Assembly (NCBI GenBank): GCA_002763075.1
Contig: PFDB01000015.1
Location: 5,747-69,746, forward strand
Length of the DNA: 64,000 nt
Direction: 5' to 3'
DNA from: Candidatus Pacearchaeota archaeon CG10_big_fil_rev_8_21_14_0_10_34_76
Lineage (GTDB): Archaea; Nanobdellota; Nanobdellia; Pacearchaeales; GW2011-AR1
Part shown: positions 61,801 through 64,000 of the stretch, in pieces
Layout: each line of letters begins with the position of its first letter
Numbering within the stretch: the stretch's first letter is position 1
Position numbers and translations under genes: made by a program
The notes under the pieces: model-generated
The model's database searches: none
The model's input: the letters and a program-made list of their open reading frames with translations, nothing else
Told to the model about the DNA's origin: nothing

Positions 61801-64000
61801 ATGAATAAAGAGGGAAGAGTTACTTTTGCTGCTGTGCTTTTAAGTATAGGAATTGGATTAGTTGGTGCGGGGATATTTTCTACTGTTGTGGCACCAATTA
61901 TTTTTGAAAAAATCATAAATGTAGAAGGGGAAAATGTCGGTGCAGGTCTTGATGAGGGTTGTACATTGATACAAGCTTATTGGGCTCTTAATGACAAAAT
62001 TGTGAGTGAAGCACAAGAGAAGAGAAATGTTAATCTTGTTGTGCAGGGAGAGAACTGCACTGGAGAGGTTACTTTTGAAGTGTATTCATTAGATGGAAAG
62101 ATAATAAGAAAAATTGGGATGAACGGGTTTCTTAATGGAATTTCTATTGGACTTTGGAATGGAGAGGCTGGAAGCTATTATTTTGTTGCAGGAACAAAAA
62201 ATAATAGCGTACAGAGTAATGTTATAGAAATTGTTGAAAAGTCTTCTGAAGCTTGTAATGATGGATTGGATAATGATGGAGATGGGTGGATTGATATGGA
62301 TGACCCTGGATGCGGTTATATTCGAGATGTGGATGAGAATAATAGTCCTAGAGCATATCAGTGTTCTGATGGATTAGACAATGATGGAGATGGATTGATA
62401 GATGGTTTTGATCCTGATTGTAGTTCATGGGGAGATGATAGTGAGAGCAGTTTGAGGGGAACACAATGTTCTGATGGATTAGACAATGATGGAGATGGAT
62501 TGATTGACATGGATGATCCTGATTGCGAAAGTGAATTGGACAATGATGAAAGTGGAGGATTTAATGTTGTTCTTGAATATACAGATTCTTTTCCAAGAAT
62601 CGGTCATCCTATACTTTTCAATTTTGAAAAGGCATATGATTCTGTTGAGATTAAAATAGGGGATAAGAGTTATTCAAGACAAAATACTGATTATATTTAT
62701 TACACTCCATTAAAGACGGGGGTGAATGTTTTTGAGGTGAATGTTTTTGAAAATGGGAAAAAGATAACTGATACAATAAATTTAGATGTTGTTCCGCAAA
62801 ATACAAATTATATAAAAAAGATGAAAGAAAGTGAAAGACCAATGATCCCATTATGGAATTCTGAAGTAGGGATTCAATTTGAACAACTAAAGGATTATCA
62901 TTTTTGCAGAATGGTTTTTTCAGGAAGGCCTAATGCATATGGCAATGATAGATATTTTGATATTTATTCTAAAGATGCTATTAATACTCCCATGGCAGAT
63001 ATTGTAATACAAGATCTTTATGAAAATTATAATGCTGGGCAGGATGTGTGTTTTTTTATGTTCAAGTTCCCACATCCATGGCAATCCAATCCTAGTGATT
63101 ATAATTCTAGTGTAAATGGAGAATATGATTCTTCAAATGGATTTGAAGAGAATAATTGGGAAAGCCCATTTGCGACAGAAGGTCCTGCACAAACTTCTGC
63201 GTGGGTGGAGAGAGAATTAAGTAGAATAGATAATGGAGCACCAAATGGATTCAAGATAGATCACTTCATTCTAGATTGGGAATCCTATGGGGGGAGACAT
63301 TTTATCAAATATGGAGATGGATGGACTTGTAAATATCAGTGGTTTGGGATTTACTCTCCTGCTGTTTGCTCTTTTGATAATAACACTGCGGATTCAGGAG
63401 ATGATGCAACTAATGTTCCTGTCTTGATAGAACAGGCCACAGATTCAGATCCTAGATTTGTGCAAGCTAAGATAAACAGAGGAGTAACATTTGATTTTAG
63501 TGCTTGGAGTAACAATGCAGACTATTCTAAGAGATATAATATAACTCGCATTCTTAATGGGGAATGGGATAGAATGACAAGAGACATGTTCTTTATACCT
63601 ACAAAGAATCATTACTCTGATGTAATATTTTCTCAATATAACTATGCGCTCTATCCTAAAGAAGATCCATTTTATAATAATAGGGGTCTGGCTATTCCTC
63701 CAAATGTTGAAGAGAATGCAGCAAATGCATTTAGTCCGGCGTTATATTTCTGCAATCAAGAACTTAATATGCTGAGTGTTAAAGAAATAATGGTTCTTGA
63801 AATAAACACTGTCAAGATAATTCAAAGGAATAATTATTTTAGAAGCCATCAGATAATTCCTTGGGTAAAGCCAGCAAATGCTATAAGATATCAAGATTGT
63901 CCTGGAACAAATGTTAATTTTCCAGAGTTTACTGATCAACAGATATGGGAATCTCATTTGCATTTTTTGATGAGTGGAGCGGAGAGTTTTATTGCATGGA
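61801..64000 (+). CDS. Large secreted protein, 3'-partial (runs off the window), with three Cys-bracketed DNDGDG motifs
   Basis: ATG 61801 with the frame open to 64000; absent from the ORF track, presumably because no stop is reached. MNKEG|RVTFAAVLLSIGIGLVGAGIF N-terminus. CNDGLDNDGDGWIDMDDPGC, CSDGLDNDGDGLIDGFDPDC and CSDGLDNDGDGLIDMDDPDC at 62254-62526. Confidence 0.75.
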   Translation, partial: MNKEGRVTFAAVLLSIGIGLVGAGIFSTVVAPIIFEKIINVEGENVGAGLDEGCTLIQAYWALNDKIVSEAQEKRNVNLVVQGENCTGEVTFEVYSLDGKIIRKIGMNGFLNGISIGLWNGEAGSYYFVAGTKNNSVQSNVIEIVEKSSEACNDGLDNDGDGWIDMDDPGCGYIRDVDENNSPRAYQCSDGLDNDGDGLIDGFDPDCSSWGDDSESSLRGTQCSDGLDNDGDGLIDMDDPDCESELDNDESGGFNVVLEYTDSFPRIGHPILFNFEKAYDSVEIKIGDKSYSRQNTDYIYYTPLKTGVNVFEVNVFENGKKITDTINLDVVPQNTNYIKKMKESERPMIPLWNSEVGIQFEQLKDYHFCRMVFSGRPNAYGNDRYFDIYSKDAINTPMADIVIQDLYENYNAGQDVCFFMFKFPHPWQSNPSDYNSSVNGEYDSSNGFEENNWESPFATEGPAQTSAWVERELSRIDNGAPNGFKIDHFILDWESYGGRHFIKYGDGWTCKYQWFGIYSPAVCSFDNNTADSGDDATNVPVLIEQATDSDPRFVQAKINRGVTFDFSAWSNNADYSKRYNITRILNGEWDRMTRDMFFIPTKNHYSDVIFSQYNYALYPKEDPFYNNRGLAIPPNVEENAANAFSPALYFCNQELNMLSVKEIMVLEINTVKIIQRNNYFRSHQIIPWVKPANAIRYQDCPGTNVNFPEFTDQQIWESHLHFLMSGAESFIAW
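62362..62504 (+). repeat. Coding tandem repeat, 105-nt period, 38-nt identical core
   Basis: TGTTCTGATGGATTAGACAATGATGGAGATGGATTGAT occurs at 62362-62399 and again at 62467-62504. Confidence 0.85.

Noticed and set aside
62254-62526. Regularly spaced repeats considered as a possible CRISPR array; the 53-nt repeat at 60031-60154 was considered too.
   Set aside because: The 105-nt-period repeats are in-frame coding repeats of a Cys/Asp-rich module. The 53-nt repeat has only two copies and lies inside coding sequence. No cas genes and no CRISPR-like repeat-spacer architecture occur anywhere in the window.

Overview
AT-rich archaeal chromosome segment. The archaeal assignment rests on gene content: RNA polymerase subunit K, exosome Rrp4/Rrp41/Rrp42, proteasome alpha and beta, aCPSF1, RNase J, class-I CCA-adding enzyme, presenilin-type protease, Pop5, Mre11/Rad50, archaeal-type SRP RNA and class III prepilin-like signal peptides. 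Compact housekeeping genes, very large Cys-rich or sequon-rich surface proteins and almost no metabolism suggest a DPANN-type small-genome archaeon; this is inference with no search behind it.

Layout:
- 0.1-5.9 kb: tRNA-Thr, surface proteins, argS, SRP RNA.
- 6.3-26.2 kb: a roughly 20 kb type IV pilus-like/adhesin island. It holds nine prepilin-like ORFs, a FlaI/VirB11-type ATPase, two separated single-domain T2SSF platform genes and four giant secreted proteins including a subtilase-LamG protein. An antisense ArmA/Rmt-family 16S rRNA methyltransferase homolog interrupts it.
- 26.2-28.1 kb: archease-rtcB.
- 28.1-33.1 kb: two more giant surface proteins.
- 33-38.7 kb: GTPase/DUF2073/Zn-ribbon triad split by a vapBC cassette, two tandem secreted paralogs, cca, trmB-like regulator.
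- 39-50 kb (minus strand): presenilin homolog, aCPSF1, psmB, Nudix, hydrolase, rad50-mre11, Mtq2-like methyltransferase, RNase J.
- 50-58.7 kb: HtrA-like protease, then the exosome/proteasome superoperon (Pop5, psmA, SBDS, rrp4-41-42) followed by rpoK-eno.
- 58.8-60.7 kb: a minus-strand islet inserted between eno and rps2. It contains a DNA methyltransferase and a TM protein plus HEPN-like ORF that appear to be one gene split by a 71-nt insertion carrying a 53-nt direct repeat.
- 60.9-64 kb: rps2 and a partial giant surface protein.

Most interesting: the pilus/adhesin island with pilin-adhesin fusions, the split TM-HEPN gene next to an orphan methyltransferase, the ArmA/Rmt-like methyltransferase, and a GC-rich structured element upstream of the presenilin gene.

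Limits: all calls come from reading the translations and sequence by eye, with no database search. The supplied ORF track uses TTG/GTG starts in places, so I moved several starts to the nearest plausible ATG.
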